IMG/VR virus record: IMGVR_UViG_3300029955_000024
Length of the DNA: 64,000 nt
Direction: 5' to 3' (one strand)
DNA from: a virus
Positions 1 to 8,824 of the stretch are shown here, piece by piece (positions within the stretch are counted from its first letter, which is position 1; every line of letters starts with the position of its first letter). Below the pieces are notes generated by a model. That model saw nothing but the letters and a program-made list of their open reading frames with translations, did not search any database and was not told the DNA's origin. A program made the position numbers and the translations under genes.

Positions 1-236
1 TCCCTTTGAATACACTTTCTCATACTTATTAGGGCAAGGACACTGAATGAACCACACCATACTATCCAAAATATGTTCATATCATTCTTTCCACCACTCA
101 GGTTTAACCTTCGCTAAGATTAGCGCAAGTGTACTTGGATACACAACAGCATGGTCTGATAGGATATCGTGGTTAAAGGTTAAATAAGCTACTTCTTTAA
201 AGAAGATTCTTAATAATCTTAACTCTTCTTCTTCTG

Positions 237-503
237 TCATAACCCTACCTTATTGTGATATTTATTCTTATGGACATTTTCTTTCTGGTTACCTATATGA
301 TAATGCCCACAATCACAACCATAGACCAAGCACTTACAATCTGGGTCTTTCCTTAGCATCCCTCTCAGATGTGCTTTTGCTTGACCTATGGTATCGTGAC
401 AATGCTTGTGTAATTGACAACTACAGGAGGTATTCATAAACCCTCTTGATATGATTATTTCAAAGAACTTTGTGAGGCAGGGAATTTCCAACCATGCCCA
501 CAC
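237..503 (-). CDS. Cys/His-rich small protein, possible HNH/zinc-binding fold
   Basis: 88-aa ORF with clustered CxC...H...CxC..CxCGHYH motifs; overlaps 455..685 by 49 nt. Confidence 0.3.
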   Translation of the reverse strand: MWAWLEIPCLTKFFEIIISRGFMNTSCSCQLHKHCHDTIGQAKAHLRGMLRKDPDCKCLVYGCDCGHYHIGNQKENVHKNKYHNKVGL

Positions 504-685
504 TCAACCCACCAAGCTGGTGAAGTAAGGTATTTGTCTCCATCTTTTGATACTGAATATTTGGAGAGAATGGTTACTTCTTCTCCTATAGATGGATACT
601 TTACCTTATCGCCCACTTTCATTGTGCGAGTATTTACTTTGTTTTTCATTGAATCTCCAATCGGTAGAGCTTCCCGATTCTCCAA
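455..685 (-). CDS. hypothetical protein (76 aa)
   Basis: ORF track only; no recognisable motif. Confidence 0.3.
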   Translation of the reverse strand: MENREALPIGDSMKNKVNTRTMKVGDKVKYPSIGEEVTILSKYSVSKDGDKYLTSPAWWVECGHGWKFPASQSSLK

Positions 686-922
686 CTCTACATGGTTTTC
701 TGTCCTTTCGGACTGGGCCGTAACCCTCGAAGCTGAAAAACCTCGTGTTCAGGATGGAGTATCATCCTACGATTAGATTAGTGAGGTCGCATCAGAGCCC
801 TAATCTAATCTTCACTTAGCGTCTAATTTATTGATCGTATCTTTTCCGCCACGATTGGAGCATCTAAGGTGGAAATGTGAAAGCACATTTTATGGTTGAT
901 GAGACCAACCACCTAAGACATT

Positions 923-1153
923 TTACTTCTTCTTCTTCTTTTCTTCCAATGCAACTTCCCTGATACGCAACTCATTGGGTTTGGTCCCAACATCAGTGAT
1001 GTGGTCGCCAAGGTGCTTACGCAAGCCACTTCCCCTGCGCTTGGAATGAACCTGACCAGACGGATCAATCTTGCCACGATATTTCTTGTGGATCCCGTCA
1101 ACTTTTGCTTCGTTTCTTTCCTGCTTCGGGTTGAACAACGTCAAGTCGGACAT
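923..1153 (-). CDS. hypothetical basic protein with poly-Lys C-terminus
   Basis: 76-aa ORF, K/R-rich, ends EEKKKKK. Confidence 0.4.
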   Translation of the reverse strand: MSDLTLFNPKQERNEAKVDGIHKKYRGKIDPSGQVHSKRRGSGLRKHLGDHITDVGTKPNELRIREVALEEKKKKK

Positions 1154-1358
1154 AATTTCCCTTCTGTTGTTTAAAGTTTGTTGTAAAGGTTGTTTAAGGT
1201 TGTTATTTCTTCTTGAGCTGTGTGAGGCATCCCAATAAGATCTCTTAGTTCTCTTTCTTGTTTACATATTGGACAAGGTTGCCCCATAACGTAGCCATTT
1301 ATACATAGGCTACAATTGTGGTAGGATTCGAACTCAGAGCCCATAGACACCTCGTATT

Positions 1359-1435
1359 TGGTAGCTCCTCCTAGGGTCGAACTAGGCTATGCGGCTTATG
1401 AGACCGCCACTTTACCTACCATAAGTTAAAGAGCC
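1359..1435 (-). tRNA. tRNA with anticodon CAT (Met or Ile2/lysidine type), 77 nt, CCA encoded
   Basis: Hand-folded on the reverse complement. Acceptor GGCTCTT/AGGAGCT with two GU pairs; D-stem ACTT/AAGT; anticodon stem GCGGT/GCCGC with loop CTCATAA; T-arm CCTAG-TTCGACC-CTAGG; discriminator A + CCA. Confidence 0.7.
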
Positions 1436-1671
1436 ACGCTTTCACTTATTTCTGCTACTGGGGTAGTCGTAATAAGTCTAATATCAGTTCCTTCTGTAAG
1501 AGGAGGCCCCAAGATTTCTACTGGTTCGCCTATCTTAACATTCGAATGTGAGGTCATAACCCCGTCAGTAGTTCGTATGTTATATTTAGTATCGCCACCT
1601 CTTATCCAAGTTCCGACCTCTTCATTTAATGTGTATTCCGCTCCAGATTCAGTCTTGAATTTGATAATCAT
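1426..1671 (-). CDS. hypothetical protein (81 aa)
   Basis: ORF abutting Dps gene; 3' end overlaps tRNA by 10 nt. Confidence 0.4.
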   Translation of the reverse strand: MIIKFKTESGAEYTLNEEVGTWIRGGDTKYNIRTTDGVMTSHSNVKIGEPVEILGPPLTEGTDIRLITTTPVAEISESVAL

Positions 1672-1679
1672 AGTTTCCT

Positions 1680-2168
1680 TTAAGCGCGTAAACTTGCTTC
1701 CAAGAAATAGAGGAACTTTTCTAATCCTCTTACTAACCCAATATATACGTCTTGGGTTATTAGATCCCCATTCTCACTGGAGACTTTCATACCTTTCCTC
1801 ATTGCATTGGAAATGTCACTGATATAATCTGACATCTTTTCTATGTGGGTTCTACAATTGTCATCATAGATACCAGCGTAAGTAAAACCTTGACTATTGT
1901 TTGTAACCATCCAAGGTTTACCTTCTGGTACACCACCTAGAGCTGTTATTCGCTCGGCGATAGTATCGCTAGCATCTGCCATATAATCATAGATTTGATC
2001 AAATAGTAGATGTGTAGGATGAAATCCATCCCCTTTCACATTCCAGTGTGCAAATTTTATATCCATTTGTGCCAGCATGGTATTAGCAAGATTCACGTTT
2101 AGATTGTCGACGATTACCTTGATCTTATCTTCTGGCACGTCAATGCGCGTCGTATACAATTCACTCAT
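1680..2168 (-). CDS. dps: Dps-family DNA-protection/ferritin-like protein
   Basis: 162 aa. 'FAHWNVKGDGFHPTHLLFDQ...DTIAERITALGGVPEG' and 'DKFLYFLEASL' align to E. coli Dps ('AHWNMRGANFIAVHEMLD...DTMAERAVQLGGVALG', 'DKFLWFIESNIE'). Ferroxidase-centre His/His/Asp/Glu positions conserved. Confidence 0.85.
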   Translation of the reverse strand: MSELYTTRIDVPEDKIKVIVDNLNVNLANTMLAQMDIKFAHWNVKGDGFHPTHLLFDQIYDYMADASDTIAERITALGGVPEGKPWMVTNNSQGFTYAGIYDDNCRTHIEKMSDYISDISNAMRKGMKVSSENGDLITQDVYIGLVRGLEKFLYFLEASLRA

Positions 2169-2180
2169 CTTACTTTACCT

Positions 2181-2594
2181 TTATTCCTTAAGTGGATATA
2201 TTTGATGTGCTTCTGTAGTTCCTTTTATCAACATTCTTCCTAGATGCTCAGAACAACTCTCTGTAATCTTACGCCCCGTTGAATCAAGAACTTCGTATTC
2301 AGCTAACTGGTTACAAGGCAGTTGATCTGAATCAGTCCAGCGGCATAAGACCTGAGAGGAATTAGGGTAGCATCCACTTCCGTCATTCTGTTTACAGAGT
2401 AGTTCGTATAACCCTCTACAATTACGTAGTATCCCTGTATGAAAGTCTTCTCTTCCACAAGAGCTACATACTAGCTTTGTACGATAAGACGGGACAATAA
2501 CCTGCTCGATTACCTGTCCTTCTGGCTCTGTTTCTTTTATCTTCTGTTCTACTTCCTGAGGAAGTACTTCTTCGTTCTCCATCTTTCTCCACAT
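2181..2594 (-). CDS. Cys-rich hypothetical protein (137 aa)
   Basis: ORF with about 10 Cys, possible zinc-binding; no family recognised. Confidence 0.45.
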   Translation of the reverse strand: MWRKMENEEVLPQEVEQKIKETEPEGQVIEQVIVPSYRTKLVCSSCGREDFHTGILRNCRGLYELLCKQNDGSGCYPNSSQVLCRWTDSDQLPCNQLAEYEVLDSTGRKITESCSEHLGRMLIKGTTEAHQIYPLKE

Positions 2595-2619
2595 CTATTG
2601 ATATTGTTGGAATGTAAAT

Positions 2620-2694
2620 TGGTCGGCTCGGCTGGTGTCGAACCAGCGACCTAACCATTATGAGCGGTTGGCTCTACCGTTGAGCTACGAGCCG
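2620..2694 (-). tRNA. tRNA with anticodon CAT (Met or Ile2), 75 nt, CCA encoded
   Basis: Reverse complement folds canonically. Acceptor CGGCTCG/CGAGCCG; D-stem GCTC/GAGC; anticodon stem AACCG/TGGTT with loop CTCATAA; variable AGGTC; T-arm GCTGG-TTCGACA-CCAGC; discriminator A + CCA. Confidence 0.8.
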
Positions 2695-2745
2695 TTTCCT
2701 ATTTACATTATCACTTTAAATCACTAAGCTTCACGAGATCAGTAT

Positions 2746-3006
2746 TTACTTGAAATAAATAGCTCTATTTTCAGGTTGAATTTCTTCTTCTGGAATATCT
2801 AAACAATATCCTAATTCTTCTAGAGAATTACTTATGTCCAGCAGACGCTTTTTGTTATTTCCTACTCTTCCTCCTCCTCCAATTCTTCGGAGAATACCAG
2901 CTAAAACTTCAGCTTCTGCTGATGTTAAAAAAAGAGTAACACCTACTACTCTTTTTTCATATGTAGTTACTGGAACTTGTTCAATCATTCTTTCTGCTTT
3001 TGCCAC
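2746..3006 (-). CDS. hypothetical protein (86 aa)
   Basis: ORF track; Gly-run GGGGRVG; no family recognised. Confidence 0.4.
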   Translation of the reverse strand: MAKAERMIEQVPVTTYEKRVVGVTLFLTSAEAEVLAGILRRIGGGGRVGNNKKRLLDISNSLEELGYCLDIPEEEIQPENRAIYFK

Positions 3007-3018
3007 TTCTTATCTCCT

Positions 3019-3687
3019 CTAAATACCAACCATTTTCTGGACTTCTTCAGGAAGCATAGCAAGCCGCTCCTTGTTGATGGCTTCGTAGTCATACCCATCT
3101 TTGGTATCTGCCCAATGCAGAAGCCAGATAAAAGGCTGTTCCAACCAAGGATTGAGCAAAGTTCCGTGATTCCGTAGCTCTCGGATGTGGAATCGTAATG
3201 CTTCTCGCCCATCGAAATCACCCGAGAAATTGAGCTTATCAATTGGGTAACTTGAGCACTTAAGATCACATCGAGCTTTGCTCATAGCATCCACATCTTC
3301 ACAGTACAGATTGAACAACAATGTTGAGCTATTGATGCCCACGCCATAAGTGTCAAACCGAAGGAGCATGCCATCTGGGTGGTAGTACACAAAAAACTTA
3401 TCACCATCGTGAATAGAGCCACACTGTTCTGTTGATGGGATAGCTAGTTCCATCACCTTCTTGAACCCCTCCTCTTCAACAATCCGCTGGTAACGGTCCA
3501 GCTTATTGGAGAAAGTAGTATCATCAAGAGCTGTGAGCTCTTTTTCTAGCAAAGTGCTCTTTTTGCAGTACAAGAGGGAACCTATTGCTCTAGCCTTCCC
3601 ATCTGTCTTGTAGTCACCGCCGGTAATCTTCTCAGCAGCGCCAAGGGCATCGAATTCAAGTAATGCCTTCAAATCTTTGTCTTCCAT
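3019..3687 (-). CDS. hypothetical protein (222 aa)
   Basis: Long clean ORF packed against neighbours. Confidence 0.5.
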   Translation of the reverse strand: MEDKDLKALLEFDALGAAEKITGGDYKTDGKARAIGSLLYCKKSTLLEKELTALDDTTFSNKLDRYQRIVEEEGFKKVMELAIPSTEQCGSIHDGDKFFVYYHPDGMLLRFDTYGVGINSSTLLFNLYCEDVDAMSKARCDLKCSSYPIDKLNFSGDFDGREALRFHIRELRNHGTLLNPWLEQPFIWLLHWADTKDGYDYEAINKERLAMLPEEVQKMVGI

Positions 3688-3977
3688 GATAAGCCTCTTC
3701 CTCTAGCGCATAATCAGAATGATTATGATCCAAAACATCAGAGAAATTCCTGATGCTATGATTAAACCAGCAATTGAATTGCTAATCCTTGGATAACTCA
3801 TTTCAGTTTATTCCTAAACTCTTTTTCAAGCTCCAGAAGGTACGAAGCAGCATGTTCTCCAGTAAAGCCTTGATCCAGTAAGAAGTCCATAGCTGCAAGA
3901 TAGCTCAACCATTCAACTCCAAACCAGTATTGAAACCCTGTAGGAGTAGACATTGCTTTGTCCATAAACAAGACCTC

Positions 3978-4223
3978 CTAGTACCTGATTTTGATTGTGA
4001 TCACTTCCCCGGGAAGGAGCAAGCGAGCTCTGAGAGGGCAACTTCCTTCCCACACCTCAGATGGATCTGTAATAGACACTATGTCTCCACCATAGACTTT
4101 GGTGACAATATGCTTTCCACCACGGTAATTTTCAAGTAGGATCGCATACTGCCCTACTAGGAGAGAAGATGCATAAAAGTCTTCCTTCTTTGGTGCAGGC
4201 GTGAGTGTGATTTCATGATACAT
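3978..4223 (-). CDS. hypothetical protein (81 aa)
   Basis: ORF track; upstream region also holds two sub-60-aa ORFs (about 3700..3801 and 3797..3967). Confidence 0.35.
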   Translation of the reverse strand: MYHEITLTPAPKKEDFYASSLLVGQYAILLENYRGGKHIVTKVYGGDIVSITDPSEVWEGSCPLRARLLLPGEVITIKIRY

Positions 4224-4363
4224 GATATCTCTCCTATGATAAGGATACTTTCTTTTCGAATGTTTGACGTATTTTCAACCGATCTTCTTCTTTCTAGTAT
4301 AGTTATCCTATACTAAATAGTGATAGGAAGTAAGAAATAACTTCCCCTAGGAGAATTCAAACT

Positions 4364-5095
4364 ATGGCTATTGCCGCAAAAACTTTCGCTGGTAAGGTGA
4401 ATCTGGACAGTACTGCAAGTACGCTGAACGTCCCGTTCGTTACTGCCTCTGGTGACGCCGTTGTAGTTTACGTCGCCGTTAAATCGGCGAATGTCACAGT
4501 TCTAAGTGTTACAGATACCGCTGGAAACGTTTACGTTAAGAAAACATCAGGAACCTCTGAAAACGCTGTTCATGATTATAATAGCAATATAGCTGGTGAC
4601 ACCGTTGATGACTTAGTATCTTATGATGATGCTATAGACGCAGAAGCATGGGTAACAGTCGCTAGTGCTACAGCAGCTTCCTCGCTAACTGTAACCCTAG
4701 TAAGTGGTTCTACATGTGCTGTAGCAGTTCAGTCGTACACTGGCGCTAATGTCGCTGTCGCTACTGCTTTCCCACAAGCCGCTTTCGTTTCCTTAACAAA
4801 GGGGTCTACCCCTACAAATACTCTAACTGGAATGACTAGTACCAGTTACCTATCTGCTTGCTACGCATCTTGTGTTGGCTTGAACCAACTAACCCCCAGA
4901 GCAGGAACACTACGTCAAGAAGTAACTGCTTCTAGTGCAGACAAGTCTATCACACTTGTTGTGGTTGATAATATAGTTACTGGTACTTCTAGTACTGTTA
5001 CACTAGCTCCAGCTTCGGAAATAGATTCACCTGATGGAATTTCAGAACCAGTTCCAGAGGGAGTTGCTGTTTGCTGTGTTGAAGTTCACGTCTAA
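4364..5095 (+). CDS. Ala/Thr/Val/Ser-rich protein of unknown function (243 aa), the only plus-strand gene in the 48-kb minus block
   Basis: AGGAGA RBS 9 nt before the ATG. TATAGT/TATACT -10-like hexamers upstream. Followed directly by a strong intrinsic terminator. Almost no charged residues. Confidence 0.6.
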   Translation: MAIAAKTFAGKVNLDSTASTLNVPFVTASGDAVVVYVAVKSANVTVLSVTDTAGNVYVKKTSGTSENAVHDYNSNIAGDTVDDLVSYDDAIDAEAWVTVASATAASSLTVTLVSGSTCAVAVQSYTGANVAVATAFPQAAFVSLTKGSTPTNTLTGMTSTSYLSACYASCVGLNQLTPRAGTLRQEVTASSADKSITLVVVDNIVTGTSSTVTLAPASEIDSPDGISEPVPEGVAVCCVEVHV

Positions 5096-5113
5096 TTTTC
5101 TTCGTAATTAAGA

Positions 5114-5150
5114 CAAAACATCCTCAGACTTAATCTGAGGATGTTTTTTG
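5114..5150. terminator. bidirectional rho-independent terminator between convergent genes
   Basis: AACATCCTCAGA-cttaa-TCTGAGGATGTT 12-bp stem followed by TTTTTT on plus; A-run on the other side. Confidence 0.7.
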
Positions 5151-5162
5151 TGATAAAGATTA

Positions 5163-5417
5163 TTAGAATCGTGTTGGTATACCGTTTTGTACAGTTGTAC
5201 TCTCTTCATCTTCTAGCTCAATCCTTTGACCAGAGTCTAGGTTGATAATAGCTACTAGAATATTAATTTCACGATCGTCTTTACTAACTTCTCTCTCTAG
5301 GATAACTTGGACGGTATACCCCTGAGTAGTCCTATCTCTTATGGAAGTAATGTTAGTCCATCTACCGAGTACTGTATTTCCTAGACTGGTGTCTTTTAAA
5401 ACAAAAGTGTTATTCAT
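5163..5417 (-). CDS. hypothetical protein (84 aa)
   Basis: ORF track. Confidence 0.4.
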   Translation of the reverse strand: MNNTFVLKDTSLGNTVLGRWTNITSIRDRTTQGYTVQVILEREVSKDDREINILVAIINLDSGQRIELEDEESTTVQNGIPTRF

Positions 5418-5421
5418 CTAT

Positions 5422-5949
5422 TTACTCTTCTCTTGGAAGTGGAGAGTAAGCAAGTTCTTGCAACTCGTTCATATCTACCGCTTCGTTCTGTTCGGCGAAG
5501 TTTCCTTCGTCTATGATTTCAATATCCCCTTGTTTATCTTTCAATGTTTTACGCATTGAAGAACTTACATCTAACCACATCTTAACATATGTTTCTTCTC
5601 TAGATATCGCTGGTGGGTTCTCTCCAGCACACCAACGAGAACAAGCTTCCATAGCTACATTACGTTGTATAGAGATGTCTAGTTCTAATCCTCTTAGTTG
5701 TTTGAATGTCTCAAAAGAAACCGTTTCTAGACCCTCTGGAATAATTTTGATGGTCCACTCTTTGGCACGTTCATCTTCTATATACTCTTTACATATATCT
5801 TCTGCTGCTTCTTGAGCGTCTTTGCTAGTGCCGAATGTTAACCTAGAATCTAAATTCTGAGTTCTACGACCATCTGGATGTGAAGCGTCTACTATGAATC
5901 TCCAACGCCTCATCTTCCTTTTTGAGGCTTTACTCTTTGGTGTTGGCAT
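5422..5949 (-). CDS. hypothetical protein (175 aa)
   Basis: ORF with AGGAG RBS (caaatttaggagtatATG on the reverse complement). Confidence 0.5.
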   Translation of the reverse strand: MPTPKSKASKRKMRRWRFIVDASHPDGRRTQNLDSRLTFGTSKDAQEAAEDICKEYIEDERAKEWTIKIIPEGLETVSFETFKQLRGLELDISIQRNVAMEACSRWCAGENPPAISREETYVKMWLDVSSSMRKTLKDKQGDIEIIDEGNFAEQNEAVDMNELQELAYSPLPREE

Positions 5950-6222
5950 ATACTCCTAAATTTGGCTGGGATTGAAGGCTCCCAGCAAGCCCTTACTATT
6001 AGAATTAACTAGGATCAAATAGGTAATTGGCCTAATAGTAATAACTACACACATATTCCACGCTCTTGTTGGCGGCCCCGGAAATCTGGACGATGTTCCC
6101 TACAGCGTTGCGGTCCCCAAACCGCTGCCAAATCCCGGTGAAACCAGTGTGTAGCAAAAGGTTAATTAACATCTACCGCTGTTTCTCCTCTCCCTCGATT
6201 AGCGGTGTCATCGAGGGGCAGG

Positions 6223-6447
6223 TTAATCTGAACCTTTACACGTTGGCTTACTATCAATGATAACGAGATTGGTCCCTGCAGGGTGTTCGTGCTTTTCGAG
6301 TACGTACCCTGTAGGACATTGCCACGTCCCCCAGCCATAATTGGTGTTGGGAAGAATAGCAGGCATATCATCATGATAGTTAATCCATGTAGGTTCAACT
6401 GTTTGCTTGTCAATAATTTCACCATCTTCCATGCGGCGATTCCGCAT
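6223..6447 (-). CDS. hypothetical protein (74 aa)
   Basis: ORF track; sits beside a GC-rich 270-bp non-coding stretch (5950-6222). Confidence 0.35.
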   Translation of the reverse strand: MRNRRMEDGEIIDKQTVEPTWINYHDDMPAILPNTNYGWGTWQCPTGYVLEKHEHPAGTNLVIIDSKPTCKGSD

Positions 6448-6458
6448 ACTGAAGACTA

Positions 6459-7115
6459 TTACATATTCTTCAGCAAATCTTCTGCGGCTGCCGTTGTCTC
6501 AGGATCTTCAGATGTAGTGACAGCTCCCATGGCACGGTTCAACTTCTCTGTGGCTATATCATTCTGTGCTCGCATGCGCCCTTCAACATCATCGACAGAG
6601 ATATCTGCCCCACTGCCTACTAATCTACCCGCGTGCTCAAGAGCAGTTGCTGCATGAGTTTGAGCCTTCGAGGACTGATTTAGTGCCTCAAGTTCACGAA
6701 CTTTGCTCAACATCTCTGCATGCTTACTGGTAATATTGGCGACTGAAATGTCCATCTTGTTCGATGTTTCCGTCTCTGAAATCAACAAAGCCTGCTTGTT
6801 GGTTACTTCATTCTGTAACCGAACAATTTCCTTTGCTTTTTCCAAAGCCTGATCAGGATGCCCGTTGTTTTTCAGCTTCGTTGCTGTAATTCTGGAGGTC
6901 TCGATTTTTGCATTGAGATCGTCGATCTCACGCTTTGTCGTGTGAACTGTAGCTGCTGCTACCGCTGCTTCTCCACGTAGCTGGTCAAGAGCCTCTTCCA
7001 GATCCCTTACATACTGCCGAAGAGCAGATGGACTGTTAAGATCGATCACTTTGTCAAGTAGATCATGGGTCTCACCAAGTCCAATCGTTCTGAGCTTGCT
7101 AAAAATTCCTGTCAT
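6459..7115 (-). CDS. pspA: PspA/IM30/Vipp1-family protein (phage shock protein A homolog)
   Basis: From internal Met: 'MTGIFSKLRTIGLGETHDLLDKVIDLNSPSALRQYVRDLEEAL...' parallels E. coli PspA '[40 protein letters not shown]', then long coiled-coil. ATG at 7113-7115 sits 17 nt after the TPM gene stop. The upstream 75 codons of the ORF are the TPM gene's Gly/Ser tail read in another frame. Confidence 0.85.
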   Translation of the reverse strand: MTGIFSKLRTIGLGETHDLLDKVIDLNSPSALRQYVRDLEEALDQLRGEAAVAAATVHTTKREIDDLNAKIETSRITATKLKNNGHPDQALEKAKEIVRLQNEVTNKQALLISETETSNKMDISVANITSKHAEMLSKVRELEALNQSSKAQTHAATALEHAGRLVGSGADISVDDVEGRMRAQNDIATEKLNRAMGAVTTSEDPETTAAAEDLLKNM

Positions 7116-7131
7116 TGCCTTTCCCTTCTTC

Positions 7132-8472
7132 TTAGAAATCGCTACTACCACCGCCGCCGCTGTCGGAACTGCTGCTACTGTCAAAGCTGCTACTCCCGCC
7201 GCTGTCAAAGCTAGAACTGGAATCAGAACTACCCCAACTGGATGAGCCACCAGACTCGCTTTCACGATCTGGTTCTGGATCTGGAGCTCTGTACGTTGAT
7301 TCTTCTCGTCTTGGTTCTTCGCGACGAATCTCTTCCACACGTGGTCGATTGTTTATAGATTCGCCGATGAGAACACCAGTCAATAAATCATTGTTGGGAG
7401 TTGATGTCGGTGTTGGTTCATAAGTCGGTCTTTGTTCTATGTTATGGTGCTGGTGATGATGCCTAACTTGGTTGTATCCAGTGGTATCATTTACATCGGC
7501 AGTGTCAATGGGGGGTCCTTGTTCAGCCGGCTGTTCCGTTGCCATTGGGCTCTGTACATATTTGTGTGCTGAACGTAGAGACTCGAACTTATCGATGAGG
7601 ATTCGATATTCTTTGGTAATGGCTTGATAACCATCTTCTGTCATACTTTGTTTGGGGTCCATCGAGTCTGAGTTCTCCATATTGGAAAACTCTTCCATAT
7701 ACGTATCAAACATATCTTGAATGGATTTCTCTGGTGGATCACTCTGGAACGCTGATTTGAGGGTAAGAACTAGCGCAATACATTGATTCTTTGTAACTTG
7801 AGCTAACCTCTTCGCTTTTGCTTTGGCATCTCTTATTTCTGCCCAACGGGTGCAAGCGATATACCCTGCGGCAATAATGAAGATTAAGAACCCCAATCCA
7901 AGACACCATAGTAGTACAGTCCATAAACCTTTATAGTCCGTTGCTTGGACATTGGTTGTGTTCTGGACTGGGTGTAGAGCTTCATCTTTGGAAGCCGCTA
8001 ATCGAAGTGAGAATTGTTCGATACCAGTAGACATGCCAAGTGCATAGTTACCGTCTTTGAATCTTGGGATCATATAGGACGTCATGATCCGGTTCCAATT
8101 TCCGTCTAGTGCGGAATGCCAAGCGGAACCATACATTATTCCTACTTTATGATTCCCGGCTAACATAAAAACAATGAGTGTACTTTTACGTCCACCGCTG
8201 CCACTTTCCCAAGAGGCACATTGGTTCTCCATCTGTTTTTCTGTGATATCGAGGTTGGTGCTATACCCGACTGTCCTTATTCGGACATCAGCGCCTTGTT
8301 GAACCAACCTGTTCGCAGCGGTTTCTACTGTTGTAATACCTTTTCCAAACAGATTTGCTTGGTCAATGACAATGTTGTCACACAATAGAGATTGAGCCAT
8401 GACCCAACCTGACGTTGAAAACACCATCATCATAACCAACAACGTATACATTGTCAGCTTTGAACTTTTCAT
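7132..8472 (-). CDS. TPM-domain (TLP18.3/Psb32/MOLO-1, YgcG-like) membrane protein
   Basis: Signal peptide (MKSSKLTMYTLLVMMMVFSTSGWVMA). TPM motifs 'VIDQANLF', 'LIVFMLAGNHKVGIMYGSAWHS', 'IPRFKDGNYALGMSTGIEQ'. One TM helix, then Gly/Ser-rich C-tail typical of YgcG. GGAGGTGGAG RBS before ATG at 8472. Confidence 0.8.
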   Translation of the reverse strand: MKSSKLTMYTLLVMMMVFSTSGWVMAQSLLCDNIVIDQANLFGKGITTVETAANRLVQQGADVRIRTVGYSTNLDITEKQMENQCASWESGSGGRKSTLIVFMLAGNHKVGIMYGSAWHSALDGNWNRIMTSYMIPRFKDGNYALGMSTGIEQFSLRLAASKDEALHPVQNTTNVQATDYKGLWTVLLWCLGLGFLIFIIAAGYIACTRWAEIRDAKAKAKRLAQVTKNQCIALVLTLKSAFQSDPPEKSIQDMFDTYMEEFSNMENSDSMDPKQSMTEDGYQAITKEYRILIDKFESLRSAHKYVQSPMATEQPAEQGPPIDTADVNDTTGYNQVRHHHQHHNIEQRPTYEPTPTSTPNNDLLTGVLIGESINNRPRVEEIRREEPRREESTYRAPDPEPDRESESGGSSSWGSSDSSSSFDSGGSSSFDSSSSSDSGGGGSSDF

Positions 8473-8524
8473 ACACTCCACCTCCAAGTGGATCGGGAGG
8501 GTTGTTACACCCTCCCTTTACTAG

Positions 8525-8824
8525 TTAGTAGTCGTTGATTACGTCGTCGCCATCAAAGTTACCGATATCGGTGTCGTCGGGTTCGTTGACAGGGGTCTTC
8601 TCAGGGATCCCAACTGGTTCCGATGGAGGAGTAGCAATTGGAGGCTTAACCTCTGGGGCTACTGGCGCTCCTTTCACTTTCTTCTTCTCTAGCTTCTTGA
8701 CGCTCGGTTCTTTCACATCCGGTTTAACGGTCTCGACAACTTTCTTCGTTGTCTTCGGGACATCCTTCTTTACGACTTTCTTGGATGCCTTCTTCTTGGT
8801 GACTACTGCTTTCTTTTTGGGCAT
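8525..8824 (-). CDS. Lys-rich histone H1-like / nucleic-acid-binding protein with acidic C-tail
   Basis: 99 aa: KKKAVVTKKKASKKVVKK... (about 30% Lys, Pro/Val spaced) ending DDTDIGNFDGDDVINDY. Confidence 0.5.
   Translation of the reverse strand: MPKKKAVVTKKKASKKVVKKDVPKTTKKVVETVKPDVKEPSVKKLEKKKVKGAPVAPEVKPPIATPPSEPVGIPEKTPVNEPDDTDIGNFDGDDVINDY

Noticed and set aside
2464-2658. 64-aa ORF overlapping the tRNA at 2620-2694
   Set aside because: It overlaps a well-folded tRNA and the 3' end of the upstream CDS in another frame.
5950-6222. GC-rich 270-bp gap as a riboswitch or ncRNA
   Set aside because: Only one clear hairpin (GCTGGGA-ttgaaggc-TCCCAGC), which is equally explained as a weak terminator for the upstream gene. 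Noted but not promoted.
7116-7340. Hydrophobic 75-residue N-terminal extension of the PspA ORF (ORF track start 7340)
   Set aside because: It overlaps the TPM gene's Gly/Ser-rich tail in another frame; GGC/AGC repeats read as Ala/Val runs. The internal ATG at 7113-7115, 17 nt after the TPM stop, gives a canonical PspA N-terminus.
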